A stretch of 64,000 nucleotides of DNA from the human T2T-CHM13v2.0 reference genome, Homo sapiens. Below are positions 1 to 12,070 of the stretch, piece by piece. The stretch is taken from NCBI RefSeq assembly GCF_009914755.1, contig NC_060926.1, one strand, 5' to 3'. Below the pieces are notes generated by a model that worked only from the letters and a program-made list of their open reading frames with translations, was not told the DNA's origin and searched no databases. A program made the position numbers and the translations under genes. Numbering within the stretch: the first letter of the stretch is position 1; each line of letters begins with the position of its first letter.

Positions 1-514
1 AGGAGGATTTGGAAGCACAAATAAACATGGCAAAGCAGCTTATTGGATACATCAAATTATTGATAAACATCCTACCTGTGAAATAACTATTCAGGGAAAG
101 AAATTTAAAGATTTGGTAGATACAGGAGAAGACATTTCAATCATTTCTCTACAGCACTGGCTGTCCACATGGCCAATTCAACCTGCTCAATTTAACACAG
201 TTGGAGTTGGTAAAGCCCCTGAAGTATATCAAAGTAGTTATATTTTGCATTTTGAGGGGCCCGATGGACAACCTGGGACTATTCAATCAATTATAACTTT
301 TGTACCTATAAATTTATGGGGAAGAGATTTATTACAACAATGGGGAGCACAAGTTCTAATTCCAGAACAATTATATAGCCCTCAAAGTGAACACATACTG
401 CATGAAATGGCGAATGTCCCTGGTATGGGAGTAGAAAAAAATTTGCAAGGTTTGAAAGAACCACTTCAAGCGGAAAGACAAAGTTCCCGCCAAAGACTAG
501 GATATCATTTTTGA
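1..514 (+). pseudogene. pro: HML-3 pro (dUTPase C-terminus plus aspartic protease), decayed
   Basis: ORF 113-514 has VDTG(E)DISII active-site motif, INLWGRDLL motif and a G-patch-like tail; GGFGST dUTPase motif at 2-19. Confidence 0.9.
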
Positions 515-1518
515 TGGTGGCCATTGTTAAGCCTCCAGAACCTATACCTTTAAAATGGTTAACAGATAAGCCAATTTGTATAGAACAGTGGCCACTAAAT
601 AAAGAGAAACTGGAGGTGTTAGAGGAATTAGTTACTGAACAATTAGAAAATGGGCACATAGCTCCAACATTTTCCCCTTGGAATTCTCCAGTTTTCGTAA
701 TTAAGAAAAAATCAGGTAAATGGAGAATGTTAACTGACTTAAGAGCCATCAATTCAGTTATACAACCTATGGAAGAATTACAGCCAGGATTGCCTTCTCC
801 TGCTATAATTCCAAAAAATTAGCCTTTAATAGTCATAGATTTAAAAGACTTTCTTTACTAACCCTTTAGCTGAGCAAGACTGTAAATGGTTTGCATTTAC
901 AATTCCTGCAGTAAACAACCTTCAGCCTGCTAAGCATTTTCATTGTTTTACAGATGGTTCTAGTAATGGTAAAGCTTCTTATTCTGGATCAAAAGGTAAA
1001 GTTTTCCAGACGCCCTATACTTCAGCTCAAAAAGCGGAGCTTGTAGCTGTAACTGAGGTATTGACTGCTTTTTATGTGCCTATTAATGTGATTTCTGATT
1101 CTTCATATGTGGTTCATTCCACACAGTTAATTGAAAATGCTCAGTTATGATTTCATATAGAAAAACAACTGATGACAAAAATGAAAAAGGGGGGAGAAAC
1201 AGGGATTATGGGACAGCCCATACACAATTAAATCTAGCATTATTAACTTTAAATTTTTTGAGCCTGCCAAAAGGCCAGATGTTATCAGCAGCTGAACAGC
1301 ATCTACAGAAACCAGCTGCAAAGACAGAAGCAGAACAATTGATTTGGTGGAGAGATCCAATAACAAAAAGTTGGGAAATAGGTAAAATAATAACTTGGGG
1401 TAGAGGTTATGCTTGTGTTTCTCCAGGCCAAAATCAACAGCTGATTTGGATACCATCAAGACACCTGAAACCTTATTATGAGCCAGACGCTGAGGAAGAG
1501 ATTCCAGGAGGATCCTGA
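511..1518 (+). pseudogene. pol: HML-3 pol remnant: RT N-terminus fused to RNase H, then IN C-terminus
   Basis: [32 protein letters not shown] and IDLKD motifs; jump to FTDGSSNG (RNase H) near 942; IN C-terminus WRDPITKSWEIGKIITWGRGYACV in ORF 1147-1518; stops and frameshifts present. Confidence 0.9.
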
Positions 1519-2600
1519 GGACCCGCTGGTTGCAGCCATGTCAAGGCTGACACTGAGGAGGACCCCCAACTGTCACAAGCAACACCCGTCAAACACAGCC
1601 ACCCACCTGGGGAGAGATCAAGAAGCTGTCACAGATGGCGGAAGAAAACCTGATGAAAGCGAGACAGCCAGTCACAATGAATAATTTAATGGTAGCTATG
1701 ATAGCAGTGATCACCATTGCCATGAGTATTCCTTCAATAAGGGCTGACACATGGAACAATTATACTTATTAGGCATATTTTCAATCTTGGCTGGCAATAA
1801 TGCCTAGATGTAATCACTCTATGATGCAGTTACATATGCTTTCTGATCTCAGTATTTACCATAATAAATCTGCTCCTATAATTGAGGCATACCACCCTCA
1901 AAAACCTATTTGTAAACAAAATTAAACCTGGCCAGAAAATATGAATGTACTTATTTAGGAAGATTGCATTGCAGAACAGGTAGAGGTGCTGCACAATGAT
2001 TCCTATGGAATCATTATTAATTGGTCCCCTAAGGGGATGTTTAGCTTGAATTGTACCTCTCAGTATGCATGCCACGGCCACACTATGTTCAGCTGATGTG
2101 AACAAAATGGTCAGATGGTAGAAATGATAAGAAGTACAGCAAGAGTTCCTATTATCTGGAACCATGGCGGTATAGTGGTACCTCAACCTCAAATGATATA
2201 GCCCGCTGTAGGAGCTAAACATTAAGGATTTGTGGAAACTATTAATAGCTCTTAATAAGATAAAAATTTTGGAAGAATAAAAAAGCATCTGGAAGGACAA
2301 TCTACAAACTTGTCTTTGGATATTGCAAAATTAAAAGAACAAATATTTAAAGCATCCCAGGCACACTTGACCTTAATGCCAGGAACTGGAGTGCTTAAAG
2401 GAGCAGCAGACAGATTAGCAGCTAGTAATCCATTAAAATGGATAAAAACACTTGGAAACTCTGTGATGTCAATGGTTATTGTGCTTTTAATCTGTGTTGT
2501 CTTTGTATAGTCTGCAGATGTGGATCCTGACTCCTGTGAGAAGTAGCTCACTGTGACAAAGCTGCCTTTGCTTTTATCAATTTGCAAATCAAAGAAGGGG
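1478..2600 (+). pseudogene. env: HML-3 env remnant (signal peptide, part of SU, TM C-terminal half)
   Basis: Signal-peptide-like NNLMVAMIAVITIAMSIP near 1680-1735; TM segment SLDIAKLKEQIFKASQAHL...NPLKWIKTLG plus hydrophobic anchor (ORF 2310-2510); only ~1.1 kb long. Confidence 0.85.
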
Positions 2601-2604
2601 GACA

Positions 2605-3112
2605 TGTTGGGAACAGGCCCCCCCAAAATCTGGCCATAAACTGGCCCCAAAACTGGCCATAAACAAAATCTCTGCAGCACTGTGACATGTTCATGATGGC
2701 CATAACGCCCACACTGGGAGTTTGTGGGTTTACCGGAATGAGAGCAAGAACAACTGGCCCACCCAGGGTGGAAAACCACTTAAAGGTGTTCTTAAACCAC
2801 AAACAATAGAGTGAGCTATCTGTGCCTTAAGTTATCTGCTGCAGATAACTAGCCAGACCCACCCCTTTATTTTGGTCCATCCCTTTGTTTCCCATAAGGG
2901 ATACTTTTAGTTAGTCTAATAGGTATAGAAACAATGCTAATCACTGGCTTGCTGTTAATTAGTACGTGGGTAAATCTCTGTTTGAGGCTCTCAGCTCTGA
3001 AGGCTGTGAGACCCCTGATTTCCCACTTCACACCTCTATATTTCTGTGTGTGTGTCTTTAATTCCTCTAGTGCCACTGGGTTAGGGTCTTCCCAACCAAG
3101 CTGGTCTCGGCA
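2605..3112 (+). mobile_element. MER9 LTR (3' LTR of the HML-3 provirus)
   Basis: TG...CA termini (tgttgggaacaggccccc...ctggtctcggca), follows the PPT, 508 bp, typical ctggccataaac repeats. Confidence 0.9.
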
Positions 3113-3829
3113 CAAGTCACTCTTCATAGATAATTGACCTGAGGCAAATGTGACAGTTTTTTAATGGCAGGACTGAGCTCACCGTTAGTCAGACTGAGAC
3201 AACTAAGAAATTCTTCAAATGAGTGGCTCAGCACAGGCCTGTTGATCAATCAAGCTAAGCAGTCAATGTTGAAGAAGCTACAGGACTCACGTTTTGTTCA
3301 TTCAAAGGGAGTATCCAGGAATTCTTTTGAGCTAATCACTATATCTTGTATGCAAAAAATTGCACCAATTGGGAACCAAATTCTAACAATTTTAACCTAT
3401 TTCATAAGGCCTTTCCTTCTCCAATTAAAACGATTATCTAATCTTTACTATGTTAATTAGAAAGCCTTCTGGTATTGATATAAGAATATTAGAAAGGTGT
3501 CCAAAACATGGTCTGAAACCTGTTCTAGGCTAGGACTGACAACTTTATTCTGAAAAGAAATCGGCATTCCTGATGAAATGCTTAAGTAATTTATTGATGA
3601 ATTTTATTGGGAATAAGATTTGTTCTGAGAATAATGGGAAAAAAAAGTTTATACGCACACCCAGCTGGCTGTTAGTGAACTCTAGTGACTGTAATCAGGC
3701 TTTTGTTTTCCTCTTTATACTATTTATTACATTTCCTATAAAGATCTCCTAATCAGAATGAGTCTTTCACATAGTCTAGTAGAGGCCTTTCACTTTCCAA
3801 GTAATATTGTAATAAAAATTTAATGTATG

Positions 3830-4202
3830 CGTACCAGTCTGTTTTCATGGTGCAATAAAGAAATACCAGAGATTGGAAATTTAAAGGAAAGAAGTTTAAT
3901 TGACTCACAGTTCAGCATTGCTGAGAAGGCCTGAAGAAACTTACCATCATGGCAGAAGGTGAAGGGGAGCAAGGCACTTTTTTCAAAAGATGGCAAGAGA
4001 GAGAAATGCAGAGTAAAGAGGAAAAAAATCCCTTGTAAAACCATCAGATCTAATGAAAACTCACTCACTATCATAAGAACAGCATGGGGAACTGCCACCA
4101 TGATCTACTCCCCTCCCAGGAGGCCCCTCCCCTAACACATGGGGATTACAATTCAGATAACAAAGATGAGATTTGGTGGGGACACAGAGCCAGACCATAT
4201 CA
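3830..4202 (-). mobile_element. THE1/MST-type MaLR LTR (THE1D-like)
   Basis: Reverse complement of the MaLR LTR start (...ggggacacagagccagaccatatca); ~373 bp. Confidence 0.88.
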
Positions 4203-5733
4203 TTGTGCCCCTGGTTCCTTTCAAATCTAATCTTTCTCACATTTCAAAATACAATTGTACCTTCCCAACAGTTCCCCAAATTTAATTAATTTCAACATTA
4301 ACAAAAAGTCCAAGTCCATAGTATTATCTGAGACAAGGCAAGACCCTTCCACCTATGAGCCCATTAAAGGCAAGTTAGTTACTTCCAAGATATAATGGGG
4401 GTGCAGGAATTGGATAAATGTACCAATCTCAAATGGGATAAATTGGCCAAAACAAAGAGGCTACAGGCCCATGCAAGTTCATAATCCAATAGAGCAGTCA
4501 TTAAACCTTAAAATTCCAAAATGATCTCCTTTTACTCCATGTCTCAGATCCAGGTCGTGCTGATGTAAGAGGTGGGTTCCCATGGCCTTGGGCAGCTCTG
4601 TCTCTGTGGCTTTGCATGATATAGCCCCCCCTCCTGGCTGCTTCCATGGGCTGGCATTGAATGCCTACAGCTTTTCCATGTTCACAATGCAAGCTCTCAG
4701 TGGATGTACTATTTTGCAGTCTAGAGGATGGTGGCCCTCTTCTCACAACTGCACTAGACAGTGCAGAAGCAGGGACTCTGTGCTGGGGTTCCTTCCCTTC
4801 CACACTATTCTAGCAGAGGTTCTCCTTGAGAGCTCCACCCCTGCAGCAGACTTCTGCCTGGACATCCAGGCATTTCCATATATCATCTGAAATCTAGGCC
4901 CAGGTTTCCAAACCCCAATCCTTGTCTTCTGTACACCCACAGGACTGACACCATGAGGAAGCTGCCAAGGCTTGCACCCTCTGAAGCCATGGCCTGAGCT
5001 GTATCTTGGCCCCTCTTAGCCATAACTGAAGTGGGACATATGACATGAAGTCCCAGGCTGAACACAGCAGGGAGGTCCTGGACCCGGCCCATGAAACATT
5101 TTTTCCCCCCTAGGCCTCTGGGCCTATGATCTGAGGGGCTGCCACAAAGCTCTTTGACATGCCTTGGAGATATTTTCCCCATTGTCTTGGTGATTAATAT
5201 TCGATGCTTTTTTATTTATGCAAATTTCTGAAGCTGGCTTGAACTTCTCCCCAGAAAATGGGTTTTTCTTTTCTACTGCATTATCAGGCTGGAAGTTTTT
5301 CAAACTTTTGTGCTCTGTCACCTCTTGGATGTTTTGCTGCTTAGAAATTTCTTCTGCCAGATACCCTAAATCACCTCTCTCAAGTTCAACATTCCACAGA
5401 CCTCTAGGGTAGAGGCAAAATGTTGCCAGTCTTTTTGCTAAAGCATAGCAAGAAATAGCTTTATTCCAGTTCCCAACAAGTTTATCACCTGCATCTAAGA
5501 CCACCTCAGCCTGGACTTCATTTGACTCCATGACTCTCACATCCATATCACTATCAGCATTTTTGTTGAAGCCATTCAAGAAGTCTCTAGGAAGTTCTAA
5601 TTTTTTCCACATCTTCCTGTCTTCTTCTGAGTCCTTGAAACTGTCCCAACCTCTGCCCATTACCCAGTTTCAAAGTCATTTCACATTCTCAGGTACCTTA
5701 TAGCAATGACCCACTAGCTTGGTGCCAAATTAA
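4203..5733 (-). mobile_element. THE1/MST internal region
   Basis: Begins with the reverse complement of the PPT end (ttgtgcccctggttcc) and ends ggtgccaaattaa (5' end of the internal region); contains the MaLR ORF remnant. Confidence 0.88.
5124..5660 (-). pseudogene. MaLR internal gag-related ORF remnant
   Basis: MGRGWDSFKDSEEDRKMWKKLELPRD...EVQAEVVLD...LVGNWNK..CYALAKRLA...LAEEISKQQ is the characteristic MaLR internal ORF. Confidence 0.8.
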
Positions 5734-6105
5734 TGCATTAGTCTGTTCTCACATTGCCATAAAAAATATACCTGAGACTGGGTAATTTATAAAGGAAAGA
5801 GGTTTAATTGACTCACAGCTTAGCATGGTTGGGAAGGCCTCAGGAAACTTACATCATGGCAGAAAGTGAAAGGGAAGCAAGGCCCCATCTTCACAAAGCA
5901 GGAGAGGAGAGAAGTGCAGAAAGAAGTGGGGAAAACCCCTTATGAAACCATCAGATCTCATGAGAACTATCATGAGAACAGCATGGAGAATGGCCACCAT
6001 GACCTAATCACCTCCCACGAGGTTCCTCCCCCTATACATGGTGATGACAATTCAGATTACAATTCAAGATGAGATTTGGGTGGGGACACAGAGCCAGCCA
6101 TATCA
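5734..6105 (-). mobile_element. Second THE1/MST-type LTR
   Basis: tgcattagtctgttctcac...gagccagccatatca; homologous to 3830-4202. Confidence 0.88.
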
Positions 6106-6508
6106 TTCCACCTGAGGGCCCTCCCAAATCCCATTTTTCTCACATTCCAAAGCACTATTATGCCTTCCCTACAGTTTCCCAAAGTCTTAACTCCTTTGAG
6201 GACTAATCCAAAAGTCCAAGTCCATATTTTCACCTGAAACAAGGTAAGTCCCTTCTCCCTATAAGCCTGTAAAATCAAATGCAAATTAGTTACTTCCAAG
6301 ATGTAATGGTGGTACAAGCATTAGATAAATGCACTCATTCCAAATGGGAGAAATTGGCTAAAACAAAGATGCTACAAGCCCCATGCAACTTCTTAATCCA
6401 ATATGGCAGTCATTAAACCTTAAAGTTTCAAAATGATCTCCTTTGACTCCATTTCTCACACCCAGATCACATTAATGCAAGAGGTGGGCTCCCACAACCT
6501 TGGGCAGC
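6106..6508 (-). mobile_element. Additional partial THE1/MST internal segment (tandem unit)
   Basis: Homologous to 4203-~4600 (aaaagtccaagtccata, ttagttacttccaag, cagtcattaaaccttaaa, ccttgggcagc). Confidence 0.85.
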
Positions 6509-7138
6509 ATGTTCATGAATAAATTGAGATGCTTTCTTTGCCAGAGATAATGATGGCTGAACTACTTATTGTAGCTGCCCTTAGAGTGTGATCTTTTTAT
6601 TAAAATACTACCTTTGGAGTACAAATTACTGATTAGAACAACTAACTGTCTGGAGCATATTGTTTAATCTAGCTAAAAAAAACAAAAACAAACAAAAAAA
6701 AAACCCAGAGTATTTCAATGTCTATGTTAGAACACTTAAATTATATAGACTTTTGCTTATAGAAAGATGAAGCAGACATAGTTTTTCCATACTTCTAGGT
6801 AACTACAACTAGAAATCCTGGACATTGTATATAAAACCAATATATAAGAATTCTGAGATGGAGAGGAAAGATAAAGACTGCCTAGGGATCTCAGAACCCA
6901 AGGAACAACAGTGGTGAGTTTGCTGGGTTTTCTCTTTGCCTCCCACATGACCCAGATTTGGTGCCACATAAGCAAATAACCTGAAAACACCTTTGGGCAC
7001 ACGTGTGCACATGTACACATGCACACGAACAAATACACAACCCCTGTTCTCTCTAGCCAAAAGACCAGGAAGGGAGTAGCCTAGGAGGGCATAAAAAACT
7101 TAGAAATAATGGCCCTAAGCCAGCTAAACACTGCAAGG

Positions 7139-7186
<48 letters not shown>
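7139..7186 (+). repeat. Uninterrupted poly(A), A48
   Basis: Direct count from the sequence. Confidence 0.95.
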
Positions 7187-7188
<2 letters not shown>

Positions 7189-7250
7189 AGTGGTCCCACT
7201 GCTACCCCAACAGCAAATGCTGATCAGAGAGACTAAATTTCCACCCTCAT

Positions 7251-8118
7251 TCTAGGGAGACCCCCTGAAACTATTGCTATGGAATAAAAGATGAAATGCT
7301 CCTGATTATTGTAAATACAAAATTGCATGCAGGATTGTGTAAAGATAATGCCAGGTTGGGCTGCCATAATGAGCCAACAGCACGTAATGTGCTTCCCCCT
7401 GCAGAGAGCCTATGAATGGACGTGCAGTCAGGGATGTTTCACATCACCAAGATTCCTATCCCAGAAAAGCAGATGTTCATAGCTCTGGGAATGGAATGTG
7501 ACACTTGTGGAGAGCCTATAAACGGACGCATGAGGGGTGCCTGTTCATATGGATAAGATAGGGTTATAAACGCCCTTATCTTGCCACAGCTTTTCTAGGT
7601 CTCTTTAGTGTTAAGGCATACTCCTTTCTGAGAATTTTTGGTCTAACCAGTTGTCTAGCTTCACGTCCTGTTTCTATTGATTGTTTGTAACCAGCTTTTG
7701 CTGCAATGGTTACTGCTGATTAATATCTGGCTAATCATAGGTTATAGACTGTGTTTCTGTTTTAAGGCTGTTAGAAATTGCTGACACACACACTGTATTG
7801 TAAATTCTTATCTCTGTATACTGTACTTCTGCATACCGATGTTATGTTAAAGAATTACTTCATTCCCATGTGACCATCTCACCTCATAATCAAACGACCC
7901 TAAATCCCTCACTAACCTACCCCCACCCTTACTAAACTTAATAATAAATACTGGTATATCCAGTGCATTGGCAGCATCGCAGGACCAGAAGGCAGTGACC
8001 CCCGTGGACCCAGCTTTCACTATCTTGTGTGTGTCTTTTATTTCTCAACCTGGCAATCTGCCTGGGAACAAAGAAAGAGCCCCGTTGCATTGTGGCCTGC
8101 TGGCCAGATCCTGCGATA
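7251..8118 (+). mobile_element. Solo ERVK-class LTR, MER11D-like (HERV-K HML-7)
   Basis: 6-bp TSD cctcat/cctcac; AATAAA near 7943; closely similar to 35151-36047; family name from recall. Confidence 0.8.
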
Positions 8119-8388
8119 CCTCACGAGAGTGTAAAAAGGCACCCCAAAAACCTGTTGTCATGGTGTATCAGTGAAAACTGTGTGGGGAGCATGGACTTTC
8201 ATTCCTGCTGAGCAGTAGTGAGGCCACACTCTGCTATGTCATCAGAGACCACATGAGGAACCTGCGTTTCCACTCCCACCAGGCAGTAACATAGGTGCCT
8301 CTTTCTCTTCCTGTGGCAGTGATGTAAGAAGAGACCGAATTGAAAGGTCAGACTTTCACCTCAGTTTAACAGTGATGAGGTCTCTAAC

Positions 8389-8754
8389 TTATATAGTTTG
8401 GCTCTGTGTCCCCACCCAAATCTCATCTTGTAGTTCCCATAATTCCCACATGTTGTGGGATTGACCTGGTGGGAGGTGACAGAACCATAGAGGAGTGTCT
8501 TTCCTATGCTGTTCTCATGATAGTGAAAGGATATCATGAGATATGATGGTTTTGAAGGCAGGAGTTTCTCTGCACAAGCTCTCTCTTTGCCTGCTGCCAT
8601 CCGTGTAAGATGTGACTTGCTCCTCCTTGCCTTCAGCCATAATTGTGAGGCCTCGCCAGCCATGTGGAACTGTTAAGTCCAATAAACCTCTTTCTTTTGG
8701 AAATGCTCAGTCTTGGGTATGTCTTTATCAGCAGTGTGAAAACAGAATAATACA
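8389..8754 (+). mobile_element. THE1 solo LTR (THE1B/C-like)
   Basis: atatagtttggctctgtgtccccacccaaatctcatcttg...gtgtgaaaacagaataataca; ~365 bp. Confidence 0.88.
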
Positions 8755-11700
8755 CTCTCATTCCCCTGTGGTGTTAGTGAAGACAACATGGGAGTTAGTA
8801 AGAAGGCATGCCTCCTACCCTCCCAGCCAGGGCAGTATCAGTAAGACCTAGTGGGAACCAGCACTCCTACATCCACCTAGCAGAGAAGAGGCACTACAGA
8901 CCTCAATAATAATAGGGATCAAGCAGGAAACCTGGACTTCTACCCTCATTTGGCAGTAAGAAAGTAGCAGACTTTTTTCCTTTGTCAGATGACAACAGAA
9001 AAAAGTCAGGTAAGACAGAAGGTTTGCATGTGATCTGAGTCTCATAGCACTCAAAATGTTCAGGTCTCAATGGAAAAGTATTTGCCACACCAAGAAGCAA
9101 GAAGATGTCAAGATGAGTGTAAAAAGATAATCAAAACATGTCAAAACTGAGGTAACAGAGATGTTAGAAATATTTTAAAGTAGCCATCATAACAAATATT
9201 CCAAAACACTATAGATATGTCAAAATGGAATTGTGAAGCTTGATTTAGGTAACATACAGGAAGGCAAGCCAATAAACTAAATAGAGAAACAAAAACCAGA
9301 GTAAACAAACGCATGCCAAAACAGAATGGTAGACCTAGCCCAAATACATCATTACTTTAAATGTGAACAGTCTAAATAAACCAACTAAAAGACATAAATA
9401 GGGAGAATGAACTAAAAAATAAAACTGCACTTAATATTATGTTGCCTAAAACAATCTGACTTCAAACATGAAGAAGGAGGCAGGTTGGAAGTTAAAGGAT
9501 AGAAAGGACATGCCATGAAAACATTAACCACAAGAAAGCCAGAGAGGATATATTAACACCAGATAAAGAAGACCACAGAACAAACAAAATTATCAGAGAG
9601 GGATATATAACAATATCATCAACCTATCAAGAGCATATACATAACCCTATACATGTATGCAACAAACAACAGAGTTGCAAAATATGTGACACAAAAATAG
9701 AACTTGAAAGAAATTAGACAAATTGACAATAGTAGCTGGAGATTTCAATACCCTTCTTTCAGCAATTGATAGATTAACTAGACAGAAATTCAGGCAGGAC
9801 ATAAAAGGAGTCAGAAACAACATCAACCAAGAGAACCTAATGAACATCTACAGAATATTCACCAAAAATGGCAAGAAGTCCATCATTTTCAAACATATAC
9901 CAAAACAAACAAACAAACAAAACTATACCCTGGGCCATAAAACACATCTCAATACATTTAAAGGTTTTCAAATTATATAGAGTGCATTCCCTGACTACAA
10001 AGAAATCAAACTAAAAAGCAACAGCAGGGAAATCTCAAAATACTTAAAATTAAACAACACTCCTAAATAATCTTTGGTCAAAGAGAAAAACACAAAGCAA
10101 ATAAACATATATATAGAAATGAATGAACATAAAAAATACAATATATAAAATTTGTGGAAAGCAATTAAGGTTAGATAAGATTAAAACTCTCATATCAATA
10201 GTTTCAGCAACCCCCCTAAGAAACTTGAAAAATAAGTACAAAATAAACCCAAAGCAAGCATGAAGAAGGAAATATCAAAGAGCAGAAATGAATGGAATTG
10301 AAAAATAGGAAAATGATAGACTAAAAAATAATGAAATAAAATTATTTCTTTGGAAAGGTCAATAAAATTGACCCAGAAAAATACCCACACAAATACATCT
10401 AACAGATTTCTTACAATGGCAAAAAAAAAAAAAAAAAAAAAAATCAATGTAGGAAAGGTAGCTTTTTCAACAAGTGAAGGAAAAATAAAGAACCATAAAA
10501 CTTTTGGAAAAAAGGAGAAAATCTCAAGGAACTAATGCTAGGCAAAGAGTTCTTAGATTTCATAATCAAAAGTATAATCCTTAGAAAGAAAACTTGTTAA
10601 ATTTGATTTCATTAAATTAAAACTTTTTCTCTGACCAGGACACTGTTAAGAGAATAAAATACAAGGTACAGATTACAGTGAAATAATGGCAAATAACATA
10701 TCTGACAAAGAACTAGTGGCTAGAACATAGAAAGAATGAAAAATTCTAATAAAGAAATAATCAGATTAGAAAATGAGCAAAGAGTATAGTGATATTTTCA
10801 CAAAGAGGCTATACATGTGGCAAATAAGCACATGAAAAGGTGTTCAATATCACTAGCCATTAGTGAAACACAAAATAAAACTATAAGGCCGTATCACTAC
10901 ACATTTATCAGAATGGCTAAAGTAAAAAATTGTGACTACACCAATTCTGGTGAGCATGTGGGCAACTGGATCACACATACATTGTTCGTGGTCATGCAAA
11001 ATGATATAGCCACTCCGTAAAACACTTTGACAGTTTCTTAAAAGTGTAAACCTGGGATTATGATATCTACTACCAATTGTATTCTGAGGCATTCATTGCA
11101 GAGTAGTGAGAATTTGTGTTTCCACAAAACTTGTATATACATGTTTATAACAGCTTTATTTTTAATAGCCAAAAAATAGAAACATTCCAGATGTCCTTCA
11201 ACAGGTAAATTGCTAAACAAACTATGGCATATCCACACCATGCAATACTACTAGCAAAAAAAGAAATTAATCATTGATAAAGGCAACAACTAGGATAAAT
11301 CTCCAGAGAATTATGCTGAGTGAATAAAAGGCCAATTCCAAAAGATTGTGTACGATATACTCCCATTTACACAACAACACTTTTGAAATGATGAAATTAC
11401 TGATATGGAGAACAATTGCCTGGGGTTACTGCATTTCAGTTATAGATGAAATTGAAGTTGCTGTGGCTATCAAAGGGCCACAGGAGGAACTCTTGTGGTG
11501 ATGGAAATATTCTGCATATAATTGTGTTCTTGTACTATAGTCTTGCAAGCTGTTGCCATTTAAAAAGTTGGTTAATGTTACATAGGATCTTACTGCATTT
11601 TTAGCTAACAGCAGTATATAAATCAAAGCCAGTAATATAATTTAAAAGTAACTCTTAGATCATATAATAACACATACCAAATATTAAGGGTCTAAACTAT

Positions 11701-11864
11701 TATACACTCAGATAAACTGCAACTGACTTCAGTTTGAAAACATACTTCAGTCATGAACAGTAATAGTTTTTGTCTTTTGTCTCTGGATTTATTTATAACA
11801 TTGTCCTATTTGAAACACTGAAGTATACTTACTTTCCTTTTCTTTTTCTTTCTCTGGTTGTTAA

Positions 11865-12070
11865 GGGCATCACCACAGGTGTCCCTCATGTGGCCCTTTT
11901 ATAGCCACATCCACTTTGATCTCACATACACCCCTATGTAGTAATCCCAGGCAATTGTTCTTCAGTTCTATAATCTTGTCATGTTCCGAAAATGTTGTGT
12001 AAATGGAATTATACAGATCGCAATCATTTGGGATTGATTTTTTACTCACTCAGCATAATTTTCTGGAAGT
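11865..12070 (-). mobile_element. L1M 3' fragment, inverted relative to the neighbouring L1
   Basis: Reverse complement matches 11300-11505 (ttatgctgagtga; gtggctat.aaagggccac; tgtggtgatg). Confidence 0.7.

Larger units (their letters stand above)
1..2604 (+). mobile_element. HERV-K(HML-3)/HERVK9 proviral internal region (5' part outside window), deleted in pol and env
   Basis: Betaretroviral order: dUTPase tail (GGFGSTNK), protease, RT, RNase H, IN, env, then a polypurine tract (aaagaaggggga, 2591-2602) just before a MER9-type LTR. Confidence 0.92.
6760..11630 (+). mobile_element. Old, internally deleted L1M (L1MC-like) interrupted by two solo LTRs
   Basis: Endonuclease remnant TIVAGDFNTLLSAIDR (9723-9980); ORF2 C-terminus ANKHMKRCSISLAISE (10817-); L1M-type 3' UTR to ~11630; the 5' assignment (6760-9100) is less certain. 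Confidence 0.75.

Noticed and set aside
113-514. Functional HML-3 protease
   Set aside because: The DTG motif is present but the upstream frame is broken (stop or frameshift near 60) and the conserved DTGAD reads DTGED; no support for expression.
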